Made by a program: the position numbers and the translations under genes | Source: Thermoanaerobaculia bacterium | Lineage (GTDB): Bacteria; Acidobacteriota; Thermoanaerobaculia; UBA5066 | DNA length: 64,000 nt | Direction of reading: 5' to 3' | Assembly: GCA_963719225.1 (NCBI GenBank) | Contig: CAVRAY010000001.1 | Coordinates: forward strand, 2,336,001-2,400,000 | Part shown: one piece after another, positions 1 through 8,880 of the stretch | Layout of the letters: each line of letters opens with the position of its first letter | Numbering within the stretch: position 1 is the stretch's first letter | The notes under the pieces: model-generated | The model's input: only the letters and a program-made list of their open reading frames with translations | Databases searched by the model: none | Told to the model about the DNA's origin: nothing

Positions 1-528
1 GGCCTCGACGTCCGGATCGAGCTCCGGCTGGCCGACGACGGCCGGCGTCAGCGCGTGACCGCGCAGCGTCACGGCGCCCATCTCCCAGTTTCCGACGTGA
101 CCTGTCACGAGAAGGAAGCCGCGGCCGTCCTTGCGTACCCGGGCGAGCATGGCCGCATCCGTATCGAACGACGTGATCTTCGGGACAAAGGCTTCGCTCC
201 GGAGCCTCCAGACGTCGATCACCGATCGGCCATATTCGAAGAAGAGGCGGCGCGCGAGGCGACGCGCCTCCCGCTCCGAAACACCGAGGGCGAGGCGGAA
301 ATTCTCGCCGATGCCCGCGAGCGTCTCGCGCATGAGAGTCACCGCGAGGCTGTTTCCGAAGAGCGAGATGCCGTGGAGGACGGGCAGAGGCAGCCACCGG
401 GCGCCGTAGTGGAGTCCCCCGTACACGACCCGGTTCGACAACCCGTGCGTGACCCATTTTCTGCGGCCGCGCGGCGCTGCTCCCGAAGGCGCCGCCGCGT
501 CGGCCTCGGGCGTCTCCCGGTTCCGCAT
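1..528 (-). CDS. Lysophospholipid/lipid A (LpxL/HtrB-like) acyltransferase, 3' end outside window
   Basis: Not in the ORF track. Manual translation from ATG at 528: MRNRETPE...FLLVTGHVGNWEMGAVTL...; H-x-G-N-W-E is the LPLAT/lauroyltransferase motif. Open to the window edge. Confidence 0.85.
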   Translation of the reverse strand, partial: MRNRETPEADAAAPSGAAPRGRRKWVTHGLSNRVVYGGLHYGARWLPLPVLHGISLFGNSLAVTLMRETLAGIGENFRLALGVSEREARRLARRLFFEYGRSVIDVWRLRSEAFVPKITSFDTDAAMLARVRKDGRGFLLVTGHVGNWEMGAVTLRGHALTPAVVGQPELDPDVEA

Positions 529-602
529 CTCCCTGACTATATAGAGGCGGTTCTCGATCGAGGAGGTCTCCCGGTCACCTCGCGCGATCGCGCGGCGGAA
601 CG

Positions 603-1262
603 CTACTTCATCGCGCCCTTCGACGAGATCTGACCCGCGACGTTCGAGAGCGCCGCCAGCGCAACGTCGATGCTCTGCCCCACCCGGACTCCCTTGTCAT
701 TGGCCCCCTGGGCGACCGCGGTTTGCGCCACGAGCGTCTGACCCGCGAAGGTGAGGTCGTTGCCGAGGACCTTCTGAACGTCGCCGAGGTTGTTCAGGAA
801 TGGGTCGAACGTCTCGGTCGCGACCGTCAGCGACTCGATGACTCTGTCCAAGTTCGCCCTCACCTCGGAGCGGCGTGCATCGCCGAGCTGCCGGAGCTCC
901 GGGTCGCGCACCTTGCCCTGCTCTTTGCCCCACGCCGCGAGGTAGTCGTTTCTCTTCGTCTTCATGCTCTGAAATCGCTTCTTCGTCTGTACGGCGTCGG
1001 CTCGCAGCTTGTCGACGTCCTTGCTGTACTTGGTGAAGGACGACCGGAGCCGCTCCGGGCTGGCGCTCATCAGATCGCCCAGGGACGTCAAGGTCTGGTC
1101 GATCTGCGCGCGAACCCTGGTGAGGCCCGCGTGGGCCTCTTCCATCGACTCGACCGCCTTCGCAGAGCGGGATGGGCCGCTCGAGGCGCAGGCGATGAGC
1201 CCCAGAGAAAGGGCGCCGGATCCGAGGCCCAGCAATGCAGTCGAGACGGGATTGCGTTTCAT
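603..1262 (-). CDS. Coiled-coil lipoprotein (DUF2959-like)
   Basis: Signal peptide with lipobox LIAC, then a long alpha-helical body. Confidence 0.7.
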   Translation of the reverse strand: MKRNPVSTALLGLGSGALSLGLIACASSGPSRSAKAVESMEEAHAGLTRVRAQIDQTLTSLGDLMSASPERLRSSFTKYSKDVDKLRADAVQTKKRFQSMKTKRNDYLAAWGKEQGKVRDPELRQLGDARRSEVRANLDRVIESLTVATETFDPFLNNLGDVQKVLGNDLTFAGQTLVAQTAVAQGANDKGVRVGQSIDVALAALSNVAGQISSKGAMK

Positions 1263-1298
1263 GTTGACCTTGCCTTTCGTGCGGACTCACGCCGGCCA

Positions 1299-1315
1299 TG
1301 CAAGCGCGCCGCCAA
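1299..1315 (-). promoter_or_regulatory. Putative sigma-54 -24/-12 promoter for the lipoprotein gene
   Basis: Minus strand TTGGCGGCGCGCTTGCA, GG-N10-GC, about 37 bp upstream of ATG 1262. Confidence 0.6.
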
Positions 1316-1450
1316 TGCAGGCCCGCGATCCACGCCCTGATGCGCACGGCGGAGCGGCACGTTTTTCCGGGGAAATCGGCAAAGCGTGCCGGCTGCGTGG
1401 ATTTCCAACTGCTTTTCGAGGAGTCCGCAGACTGGCGATCGGGCAAGAGC

Positions 1451-1465
1451 TGGCAGGAACATTGC
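1451..1465 (+). promoter_or_regulatory. Putative sigma-54 promoter for the AI-2E gene
   Basis: TGGCAGGAACATTGC, GG-N10-GC. Confidence 0.65.
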
Positions 1466-1507
1466 GCTGAGAAGTGCGTGCTTCATGCCGCCCCGCTGAC
1501 TCCTTCG

Positions 1508-2701
1508 ATGCCCGCCGCGGTCGGAGGCGATCGAGCGCGCCTCGTGCGCTTCGAGCTGTCACCGAAGACCATGGTGGCGCTCGTTCTCGTCGCCGCCTCC
1601 GTGTGGCTCTTGATCCGGCTCTGGCCCGTCCTCCTCGTGCTCGTCGTCGCCCTCCTTGTCGCCGGCACGTTGAGCCCGGCCGTCCGCTGGCTCGAGGACA
1701 GGCGCGTGAGGCGCGGAGCCGGAATCGCGATCGTCTTCACGGCCTTCTTCATCCTCGCCCTTCTCGTCGTCGTCCTCACGATCCCGACGCTGGTCTCGCA
1801 GGCAGCGTCGCTTCTCGAACACGAGCCTGCGCTGCGCGCGCGCCTCGCGGACAATCTCGCCGGCTCTCATTTGAGCGCTCCGCTCGCGAACTGGCTTCGC
1901 GGCTTCAAGTACGACGCGCCGACCGGCGCCCTCGGCACGACGGTCTTCGCCTTCTCCGTGCGCGTCTTCGGCGCCGCCGCGTACGGGTTGAGCGCCCTGT
2001 TCCTCGGCCTCTACATCATGATCGACCGGGATCGGCTCCGGGGCGGGCTCTTCGCCGTCGTCCCACGGTCCCACCACATCCGGCTCTCGCGCATCATGAT
2101 GAATCTCGAGACGATCGTCGGCGCGTACATCCGCGGACAGATGGTCACGTCGCTGCTGATGTCGATCTTCACCTTCGTGCTCCTGATGGCGTGCGGCGTG
2201 GAGAACGCCCTGGCGCTCGCGGTGTTCGCGGGCCTCGCAGACGTGCTGCCCTACATCGGCGCGCTTTTCTCGGTGGCGCCGGCGGTCCTCGCGGCACTTG
2301 CGCGCGGCCCGGTCGTGGCCGTCGTCGTTCTCGTCCTCATGCTCGCGTACGAGGAGTTCGAAAGCCGCGTGCTCGTTCCCCGGATCTATGGCCGGGCGCT
2401 GCGCCTTCCCTCGTCCGTCGTCCTGTTCGCGCTTCTGGCGGGCGGAACGCTCATGGGAATCCTCGGCGCGCTCCTCGCCCTGCCCGTCGCGGCCGCGGCG
2501 ATGATGCTGGTCGAAGAGCTCCGAGTGGAATTGCCCGGCGAGCAGGAGCTGCCCGTGGATGCGGACCTGCGTGAAGCCGACGACCGCGGCGAGGAAGAGT
2601 ACGAACGCAGGACGGAGGGCGTGGGCGCACAGGCGGCTGCTGCCATCGCCGTGGAAATCTCGGCGGATCGGAGGAAGGAAGAAGCCGCGGTCGAAGCGTG
2701 A
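1508..2701 (+). CDS. AI-2E family (PerM-like) transporter
   Basis: Multiple TM helices; motifs YIRGQ, LPYIG, VLVPRIYG, GILGALLALP. Start uncertain (1508 or 1571). Confidence 0.9.
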   Translation: MPAAVGGDRARLVRFELSPKTMVALVLVAASVWLLIRLWPVLLVLVVALLVAGTLSPAVRWLEDRRVRRGAGIAIVFTAFFILALLVVVLTIPTLVSQAASLLEHEPALRARLADNLAGSHLSAPLANWLRGFKYDAPTGALGTTVFAFSVRVFGAAAYGLSALFLGLYIMIDRDRLRGGLFAVVPRSHHIRLSRIMMNLETIVGAYIRGQMVTSLLMSIFTFVLLMACGVENALALAVFAGLADVLPYIGALFSVAPAVLAALARGPVVAVVVLVLMLAYEEFESRVLVPRIYGRALRLPSSVVLFALLAGGTLMGILGALLALPVAAAAMMLVEELRVELPGEQELPVDADLREADDRGEEEYERRTEGVGAQAAAAIAVEISADRRKEEAAVEA

Positions 2702-2736
2702 ACGGAAAGCATGCAGCACGGTGGTGTCTTGATCTC

Positions 2737-2752
2737 TGGCAGTGGAATTGCT
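2737..2752 (+). promoter_or_regulatory. Putative sigma-54 promoter for the BON gene
   Basis: TGGCAGTGGAATTGCT, GG-N10-GC, upstream of AGGAG RBS and ATG 2781. Confidence 0.65.
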
Positions 2753-2780
2753 CCGTGATGCTCAAAAGGAGACTCAGACG

Positions 2781-3332
2781 ATGAAAAAGAACGCAATCCC
2801 GGTCCTCACGGCAGCCCTCTCCCTCGCGTGGCTCCTCTCGGCGGCGCCGGCGAACGCCGCGGACAAGTCCGGCATGTCCGCGGAGGTCTCCGAGGCGCTC
2901 GCGGCCACGTCCGTCAAGGCCAAGCTGATCGACAAGCTCGGCACGGACGCGCTTCGGATCAAGGTATCCGTTTCCGGGGAGACGGCAATTCTTACGGGTG
3001 AGGTGGCGAAGTCCTCCAGTCAGGGCCTCGCCGAGCAGGTCGCCCTCTCGGTCGGGGGGATCAAGAAGGTCGACAACAAGGTGACGGTGAAGGAGGCCGC
3101 GGGGCCGGCGGCCGCCAGCGAAGCCTCGGTGAAGAACGTGGCCCTCGAGATGAAGGTGAAGGGCATCCTCCTGACCGAGATCGGCACGAACGCACTCAAG
3201 ATCGAGGTCGAGGTGGTCGACGGCGTCGTCAGCCTCCGCGGCAAGCTGAACAACCCCGAGACCGCGAAGGCGGCGATTGCGAAGACCCGTTCGATCGCAG
3301 GCGTCAAGAAGGTCGTCGACCTCCTCAGCTGA
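2781..3332 (+). CDS. Dual BON-domain (OsmY-like) periplasmic protein
   Basis: Signal peptide; two repeats of VKxxL...IxVxVxxGxxxLxG...GxKKV. Confidence 0.9.
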   Translation: MKKNAIPVLTAALSLAWLLSAAPANAADKSGMSAEVSEALAATSVKAKLIDKLGTDALRIKVSVSGETAILTGEVAKSSSQGLAEQVALSVGGIKKVDNKVTVKEAAGPAAASEASVKNVALEMKVKGILLTEIGTNALKIEVEVVDGVVSLRGKLNNPETAKAAIAKTRSIAGVKKVVDLLS

Positions 3333-3350
3333 GGTCCACGACTCCATTTC

Positions 3351-3383
3351 GGGCGCGGCGGGAGTCCGTCCCCGCCCCGCCCC
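3351..3383 (+). terminator. GC-rich hairpin after the BON gene
   Basis: GGGCGCGGCGGGGA-gtccg-TCCCCGCCCCGCCC; no U-tract. Confidence 0.4.
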
Positions 3384-3422
3384 GAATCCGAAAGGACGAA
3401 AGACGGAAGAAAGGGAAATACC

Positions 3423-3572
3423 ATGCTTTGGACGATCTTCCTGATCCTCGTGGTCCTCTGGGCCGTCGGAATGGTGACCTCGACGACGATGGGTGGCCTC
3501 ATCCACGTTCTGCTCGTCGTCGCCGTCGTAGTGGTGCTGATCCAGCTCATCCAAGGGCGAAGAGTGGTCTGA
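3423..3572 (+). CDS. Small membrane protein (lmo0937/DUF5670-like), 49 aa
   Basis: Manual translation MLWTIFLILVVLWAVGMVTSTTMGGLIHVLLVVAVVVVLIQLIQGRRVV; GGLIHxLL motif; purine-rich RBS. Confidence 0.9.
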   Translation: MLWTIFLILVVLWAVGMVTSTTMGGLIHVLLVVAVVVVLIQLIQGRRVV

Positions 3573-3620
3573 CCGGCACGTCCCCGTCTCCGCGACCCCC
3601 CCGACGTAGGGACCTTCACC

Positions 3621-4013
3621 TTGCCGCCCGGAACGTACATCATCAAGGTCGTGACGCTCGAATCCAACCGCAATATGATTCAGGTCACGAACGAGGACCA
3701 GACGAAGGTTTTCGCCAGCGTTCTCGCTACGCCGCACGCGATTCGGGCGGGCGAGGTGGTCCCGTCGACCCGATACACCTACTACACGACCGCCGCAGGC
3801 CAGCCCAAGGCGCTGCGCACGTGGTTCCCTCGCGACACGGTGAACGGTCAGGACATCATCTATCCGAAACGGCGTGCCATGTTCGTGGCAGAAGCCAGTC
3901 CTGAAAAAGAGCTGCCGAGAACGGCGAGCCACGTTCCTCTTTATGCGGCGCTCGGGCTGCTGTCGCTGGGCACAGCCGTCGGACTCCGCACGTTCGCAAA
4001 TCGGACGGCGTGA
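3621..4013 (+). CDS. Sortase substrate with LPRTA sorting signal, apparently lacking its N-terminus
   Basis: C-terminus ELPRTAS + TM helix + basic tail; no signal peptide; stop overlaps the sortase start (GTGA). Confidence 0.7.
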   Translation: MPPGTYIIKVVTLESNRNMIQVTNEDQTKVFASVLATPHAIRAGEVVPSTRYTYYTTAAGQPKALRTWFPRDTVNGQDIIYPKRRAMFVAEASPEKELPRTASHVPLYAALGLLSLGTAVGLRTFANRTA

Positions 4014-4654
4014 CGAGGCCGACCTTCGTGCGATGGCTCCGGCGAGCCGAGATCGCCCTCTGGGTGGTCGGCCTCTCGCTCCTCGGCGGAGTTCTCGCCG
4101 CGATCGTGCAAAGCCGGGTCTACCAGGCGCGCCAGGGGCGCGCCTTTTTCGACGTGGAGCGAAGGGCCGCCGCATCGACGCACGGCCTGGAGCTTCCGCC
4201 GGGGCCGGCGTCCGCAGGGCCCGCCACTCTTTCTCCCGAAGCCGATCCCCTCGTCCTGGGCCGGATCGAGATCCCGCGGATCGGCGTCTCGGCGATCGTG
4301 CGGGAGGGAGACGACGACACGACTCTCGCCGTGGCCGTCGGCCACGTCCCCGGTACGGCGCAGCCCGGCGAACGCGGCAACATGGCGCTCGCGGGACACA
4401 GGGACTCCTTCTTCCGCGCGCTGCGGGACATCCAGGTTGATGACGTGATCCGGTTTCGCGCTTTCGGGCGGGGGTACGAGTACCGCGTGGAGTCGACCGA
4501 GGTGGTCACGGCGGCGGAGCTGCGGGTCCTCGAATCGACCCGCGACACCGTCCTCACGCTCGTGACGTGCTATCCGTTCGGGTACTTGGGGCACGCGCCG
4601 AACCGTTTCATCGTGCGCGCGCGGCTCTCTCTTCTTCCTGGCGCTCCTCCCTAG
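4010..4654 (+). CDS. Class D sortase
   Basis: N-terminal TM; LAGHRDSFF, TLVTCYPF and downstream Arg (His/Cys/Arg triad). Confidence 0.93.
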   Translation: MTRPTFVRWLRRAEIALWVVGLSLLGGVLAAIVQSRVYQARQGRAFFDVERRAAASTHGLELPPGPASAGPATLSPEADPLVLGRIEIPRIGVSAIVREGDDDTTLAVAVGHVPGTAQPGERGNMALAGHRDSFFRALRDIQVDDVIRFRAFGRGYEYRVESTEVVTAAELRVLESTRDTVLTLVTCYPFGYLGHAPNRFIVRARLSLLPGAPP

Positions 4655-4700
4655 CATTTGCCATCCACGGTCTCGTGCCGCCTGGCCGAAGCGGCTCCGC

Positions 4701-4716
4701 GGGCACGACCATTGCG
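4701..4716 (+). promoter_or_regulatory. Putative sigma-54 promoter
   Basis: GGGCACGACCATTGCG, GG-N10-GC, about 38 bp upstream of ATG 4754. Confidence 0.65.
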
Positions 4717-4753
4717 TCGACGTCGTCTAGATAGAGATAGGGGGACCTGAAAC

Positions 4754-6886
4754 ATGAACAGCACTCTCATACGGGGTCCTGCGCTCGTCGCGCTGCTCGG
4801 CACACTCGCGCTCGCTTCGGTCTCTCACGCGCAATCACCGGCCGGCGATGACATCCAGCAGACGGTCGCACGCGTGGCGTACCTTTCCGGGCAGGTCTCG
4901 TACAGCCGCGGCGACGACCCGGACGAATGGCAGCGCGCGTCCCTCAACTTCCCGATGACGCTCGGCGATCGCCTTTACACGTCGAAGGGTTCGCGCCTGG
5001 AGCTCCAGACCGAGGGCGCCTTGATCTACCTGGCACCCGGGACGGATTTCGCCGCGCTCAACCTCACGTACGAAGTGAAGCAGTTCTCGCTGGGAATAGG
5101 GTCCGCTTCGTTCCGCATCCGGCGAATCGGCTCCGGGGAGTCCTTCGAGGTCGACACCCCGAACGCCGCGGTCACGTTCGACGGTGCCGGCGAATACCGG
5201 ATCGACGTCGACCGCGACGGCAACACTCGCGTCATCGTCAAGCGCGGGCACGCGTACGTGGCTGCGGCGGGCGGCGAGGTTCCGCTCGAAGCGGGCCGAA
5301 TGATGGCGATCGACGGCATCGACTCGCCCGCCTACGACATCGGGTCGCTCCCGCGCCCCGACTCCTGGGATCAGTGGGTCGTGACGCGCTCGCGGCGCGC
5401 CCGCGACAAGGGCTCGCGCCGCTATGTCAACGCCGACATCTCCGGGGTCGACGACCTCGATGAATACGGAGCCTGGTCGCAGATCCCCGAATATGGCAGG
5501 TGCTGGAGCCCGACGAGAGTGTCTGCAGACTGGCAGCCCTACCGCGCCGGACGCTGGGTTTGGCAGGACCCCTGGGGCTGGAGCTGGGTCTCGAACGAGC
5601 CCTGGGGTTGGGCTCCTTATCATTACGGACGTTGGGTGAGGTCTCGAGCGCGCTGGTACTGGGTGCCCGTCGGTCCGGATGTCCGCACGGTCCGCTACGC
5701 GCCGGCGCTCGTCGCGTTCGTCGGCGGTCCCGGCTTCTCATTCTCCGTCTCGGTCGGCAGAGGCGGAAACGTCGGGTGGTTCCCGCTGGCGCCCCGCGAG
5801 CCGTTCGTTCCGTGGTGGGGCTCGCGGGCCCGTGAAACGAACCTCCCCAACGTCACGAACGTCACCTACGTGAACCGCACGTATGTGACGGTGGTCAACC
5901 AGAACACTTTCGTTTCCGGCGCGCCGATCGCGAGGAACATGATCCGCGACGCGAGGGTCGTGCGCGAAATCTCCGCGGCGCCCGTCGTCCGCGGCCCGCT
6001 CCAGGTCGTGCCGGTCGCATCATCGATCCGGGTGTCGACGGATAAGGCCGGCGCGGCGCCACGCCCGCCGGCCGCAGCCCTGACCCGTGCCGTAGTCACG
6101 CGTCTCGCGCCACCCCCGGCGCCAGCTTTGTTTCGTCAGAAGGAGAACCTGATCCGCGAGAACCGCGGCGCCCCCGTGCAGGCCGCGGAGGCCGCACGCC
6201 TTGCGCCGGTCTCCCGGGCCATCCGGCCCACCCGCTCCGTCGTCGTCGAGCCGGGCCGGGTCACACTCACGCCGAAAAAGGCGCAAGGTGCGGGTCCGGC
6301 GCCCGTGCCGGTAGTGCGCGAGGTCGCCCCTGGACCAGCGCGCCGTCCAGCGCCGCCGGTCGGCACCCATGAGGCGCCCCCCGGCCAGGCGAAGAGCGCA
6401 CCAGCGCCGGCGCAGCAGGAACTCGATGCCCGCAAGGCGCAGAAGCAACAGCAGGAGGCCGAAGGCGCTCGCGTGAAGCAGCAGCAGGGGGTCGATGCCC
6501 GTAAGGCGCAGAAACAGCAGCAGGAGGCCGAAGGCGCTCGCGTGAAGCAGCAGCAGGGGGTCGATGCCCGTAAGGCACAGAAACAGCAGCAGGAGGCCGA
6601 AGGCGCTCGCGTGAAGCAGCAGCAGGGGGTCGATGCCCGCAAAACGCAGGAAGCCGAGAGCGCCCGCAAGGGTCAGCAGCAAGAGCTCGATGCGCGCAAT
6701 GCGCAGAAAAAGCAGCAGGAGGCCGAAGCCGCTCGCGTGGAGCAGCAGCAACTCGACCCCAGCAAGGCACAGGAGGCCGCGCAGCCCAAGGCAAAGACGG
6801 ACGACCAGAAGAAGGAAAAGAACGACAAGGACAAGGACAAAGACAAAAACAAGAAGGATCAGCCCGGCGAGAAGGAGAAGGGCTGA
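4754..6886 (+). CDS. Exported FecR-domain/DUF6600-like proline-rich protein
   Basis: Signal peptide; FecR-like N-domain (FEVDTPNAAV, GEYRIDV); aromatic repeats (WQPY, WGWAPYHYGRW); Pro/Gln/Lys-rich tail. Confidence 0.8.
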   Translation: MNSTLIRGPALVALLGTLALASVSHAQSPAGDDIQQTVARVAYLSGQVSYSRGDDPDEWQRASLNFPMTLGDRLYTSKGSRLELQTEGALIYLAPGTDFAALNLTYEVKQFSLGIGSASFRIRRIGSGESFEVDTPNAAVTFDGAGEYRIDVDRDGNTRVIVKRGHAYVAAAGGEVPLEAGRMMAIDGIDSPAYDIGSLPRPDSWDQWVVTRSRRARDKGSRRYVNADISGVDDLDEYGAWSQIPEYGRCWSPTRVSADWQPYRAGRWVWQDPWGWSWVSNEPWGWAPYHYGRWVRSRARWYWVPVGPDVRTVRYAPALVAFVGGPGFSFSVSVGRGGNVGWFPLAPREPFVPWWGSRARETNLPNVTNVTYVNRTYVTVVNQNTFVSGAPIARNMIRDARVVREISAAPVVRGPLQVVPVASSIRVSTDKAGAAPRPPAAALTRAVVTRLAPPPAPALFRQKENLIRENRGAPVQAAEAARLAPVSRAIRPTRSVVVEPGRVTLTPKKAQGAGPAPVPVVREVAPGPARRPAPPVGTHEAPPGQAKSAPAPAQQELDARKAQKQQQEAEGARVKQQQGVDARKAQKQQQEAEGARVKQQQGVDARKAQKQQQEAEGARVKQQQGVDARKTQEAESARKGQQQELDARNAQKKQQEAEAARVEQQQLDPSKAQEAAQPKAKTDDQKKEKNDKDKDKDKNKKDQPGEKEKG
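6412..6760 (+). repeat. 69-bp coding tandem repeat, about 3 near-perfect plus degenerate copies
   Basis: Unit encodes QQQGVDARKAQKQQQEAEGARVK (23 aa). Confidence 0.9.
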
Positions 6887-8862
6887 GAGACCTCCTCTGG
6901 CGCTTTGCCATCCTCATCGCGGGCGCCGTCCTTCCGGCGCGTCCGGCGGTCGCGCAGGACACCGGACGGTGGGAGGTCGGCGCATACGCAGGCGGTTACT
7001 TCGGGAGCCGAATCTTCCTGGACCAAAGCACCGACATCCGGATCGGCAAGTCGGCCGCGTTCGGCCTGCGTGGAGCCTTCAACGTCGATCGCACGTTCAG
7101 CCTCGAGCTCACGCTGTCCCGCGGGAGCGCCCGTCTCGATGCGGTCAGCCCATCGACGGGCGCCTCGCTCGCCCCCTCGGCCCCGGTGGACGTCAATACC
7201 TTCGAGCTCAACGGCCTTTACGGGTTCGGCACAGGCCGGATGCGCGGCTACATGGGGCTGGGCGCGGGCGTCATGACGCTTCACCCGTTCGTTCCGGGCG
7301 TCGCGACGGAGGCGGACACACGGTTCGTCGCGAACGTCGCGCTCGGCGGGAAGCTCTTCCTGAGCGAGCGCCTTGCCCTCCGTTTCGACGCCCGGTATCG
7401 CTGGCGAAGCGCCAGCCGCGGGACCAGCACGGTCGTCTGCGGAAGCCTCGGCTGCTACGGCTTCACGACGGACCTCTACTCGAGCAGCGAGGTCACCGGC
7501 GGGCTCGCGTACCGGTTCGGAGGAGCGCGTATTTGGGATCTCCCGACAGCGCCGGCGACACCGGGCTCTTCCGCCGTCCTCGCGGCCCCGTCGAGGCGCC
7601 CGGCGCCGCCCGAGCGGTTCTTCACGGCCGCGGGCGAAGTCGTCCTCGTCGAGCTCCTGCCCTGGGCCTATGACCGGTACGTCACGAAGGACGACTTCGC
7701 GTTCATCTCCACGGCGAGCGTGAAGGAGAACTTCCGTAACGGCTTCGGCTACGACCGCGATGACTTCAACACGAACCAGGCGGCCCACCCGTTCCACGGC
7801 AGCCTGTACTTCAACGCCGCCAGGTCGAACGGCTACGGCTACTGGGAGTCGGGGGCGTTCACGCTGGCGGGCAGCTTCCTGTGGGAATGCTGTATGGAAA
7901 ACACCCAGCCCTCCATCAACGACATCGTGAACACCACGTTCGGAGGCATGTCGCGCGGCGAGATGGCGCACCGCCTCGGAGTGATGCTCCGCGACAACCA
8001 GGCGACCGGCTTCACGCGCTTTTGGCGTGAGCTCGCCGGCGTCATCGTTGATCCGATGGGGGGGTTCAACCGGCTCGTGCGCGGCGAGATGGCCGGCCAA
8101 TTCCCGAACCCGGACGAACGCTTCCCGAGCCGCTTCAGCGTCGTTGGCGACCTCGGCTACCGGCACATCGGCGGCGGAGCCCCCGATCCGAACCAGGCCG
8201 TCGTCTCTGTTTCCGCGGTCTACGGCGACGCCTTCGCCGGTGAGATACGCAAACCGTTCGACACGTTCTGGCTCGAGGCCGACATCGACACGTCGGGGGG
8301 CGTGTCGCGGGTCGAGGGACGGGGAGTCCTGAAGGGCTGGGAGCTGGGCGACCCGGCCTCGCAGGCGCGGCACATCCTCGGCGTCTTCCAGGAGTACGAG
8401 TACTTCAACAACGAGTCACAGATCTTCGCCGCGCAGATCTTCAGCGCAGGGCTGCTGTCACGATACAGCCTGGGGCCGAACCTCAAGATCTCGGCCGACG
8501 TCACCGCGATCGTGTTTCCTCTCGCCGGCATCCGGACGACCGACTTCCTGAATCCGGCGACGGGCCGGACCTACGACTACGCGCCCGGTGGCGGATTCCG
8601 CCTCGCCGCCCGTCTCTACCGGAAAGAATGGGAGATTATCAGGCTCGGTTACGGCGTCGCTTACGCTCGCACCGCGAACGGGAGCTCCTCCAGCAACACG
8701 CTGCAGTTCTTCCGCGCCTCCGCGCGCCTCCCCCTCACGCGGTCTCTGGGCGTGGGCGCGGGCTATTCGTGGTACAGCCGCAGGTCGACTTACTCCGGCG
8801 GCTTCCAGGAAGCGCCCAAGACTCAGTCCGAATGGCGACTGTTCGTGAGTTGGAGTCTTTAG
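6883..8862 (+). CDS. Outer-membrane beta-barrel domain fused to a DUF3943-like domain; probable CTG start
   Basis: Frame is open from CTG 6883 and gives a signal peptide (RDLLWRFAILIAGAVLPARPAVA-QD); amphipathic strands; D-x-F-x-x-N-x-x-x-HPFHGSLYFNAARSNG; C-terminal aromatic strand. Confidence 0.75.
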   Translation: MRDLLWRFAILIAGAVLPARPAVAQDTGRWEVGAYAGGYFGSRIFLDQSTDIRIGKSAAFGLRGAFNVDRTFSLELTLSRGSARLDAVSPSTGASLAPSAPVDVNTFELNGLYGFGTGRMRGYMGLGAGVMTLHPFVPGVATEADTRFVANVALGGKLFLSERLALRFDARYRWRSASRGTSTVVCGSLGCYGFTTDLYSSSEVTGGLAYRFGGARIWDLPTAPATPGSSAVLAAPSRRPAPPERFFTAAGEVVLVELLPWAYDRYVTKDDFAFISTASVKENFRNGFGYDRDDFNTNQAAHPFHGSLYFNAARSNGYGYWESGAFTLAGSFLWECCMENTQPSINDIVNTTFGGMSRGEMAHRLGVMLRDNQATGFTRFWRELAGVIVDPMGGFNRLVRGEMAGQFPNPDERFPSRFSVVGDLGYRHIGGGAPDPNQAVVSVSAVYGDAFAGEIRKPFDTFWLEADIDTSGGVSRVEGRGVLKGWELGDPASQARHILGVFQEYEYFNNESQIFAAQIFSAGLLSRYSLGPNLKISADVTAIVFPLAGIRTTDFLNPATGRTYDYAPGGGFRLAARLYRKEWEIIRLGYGVAYARTANGSSSSNTLQFFRASARLPLTRSLGVGAGYSWYSRRSTYSGGFQEAPKTQSEWRLFVSWSL

Positions 8863-8880
8863 GGAGGGTTACGATCACTC

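Noticed and set aside
55-633. Plus-strand 192-aa ORF
   Set aside because: Antisense shadow of the minus-strand acyltransferase, which has the GHVGNWE motif
6412-6760. Possible CRISPR array
   Set aside because: Contiguous coding tandem repeat with no spacers; no cas genes in the window
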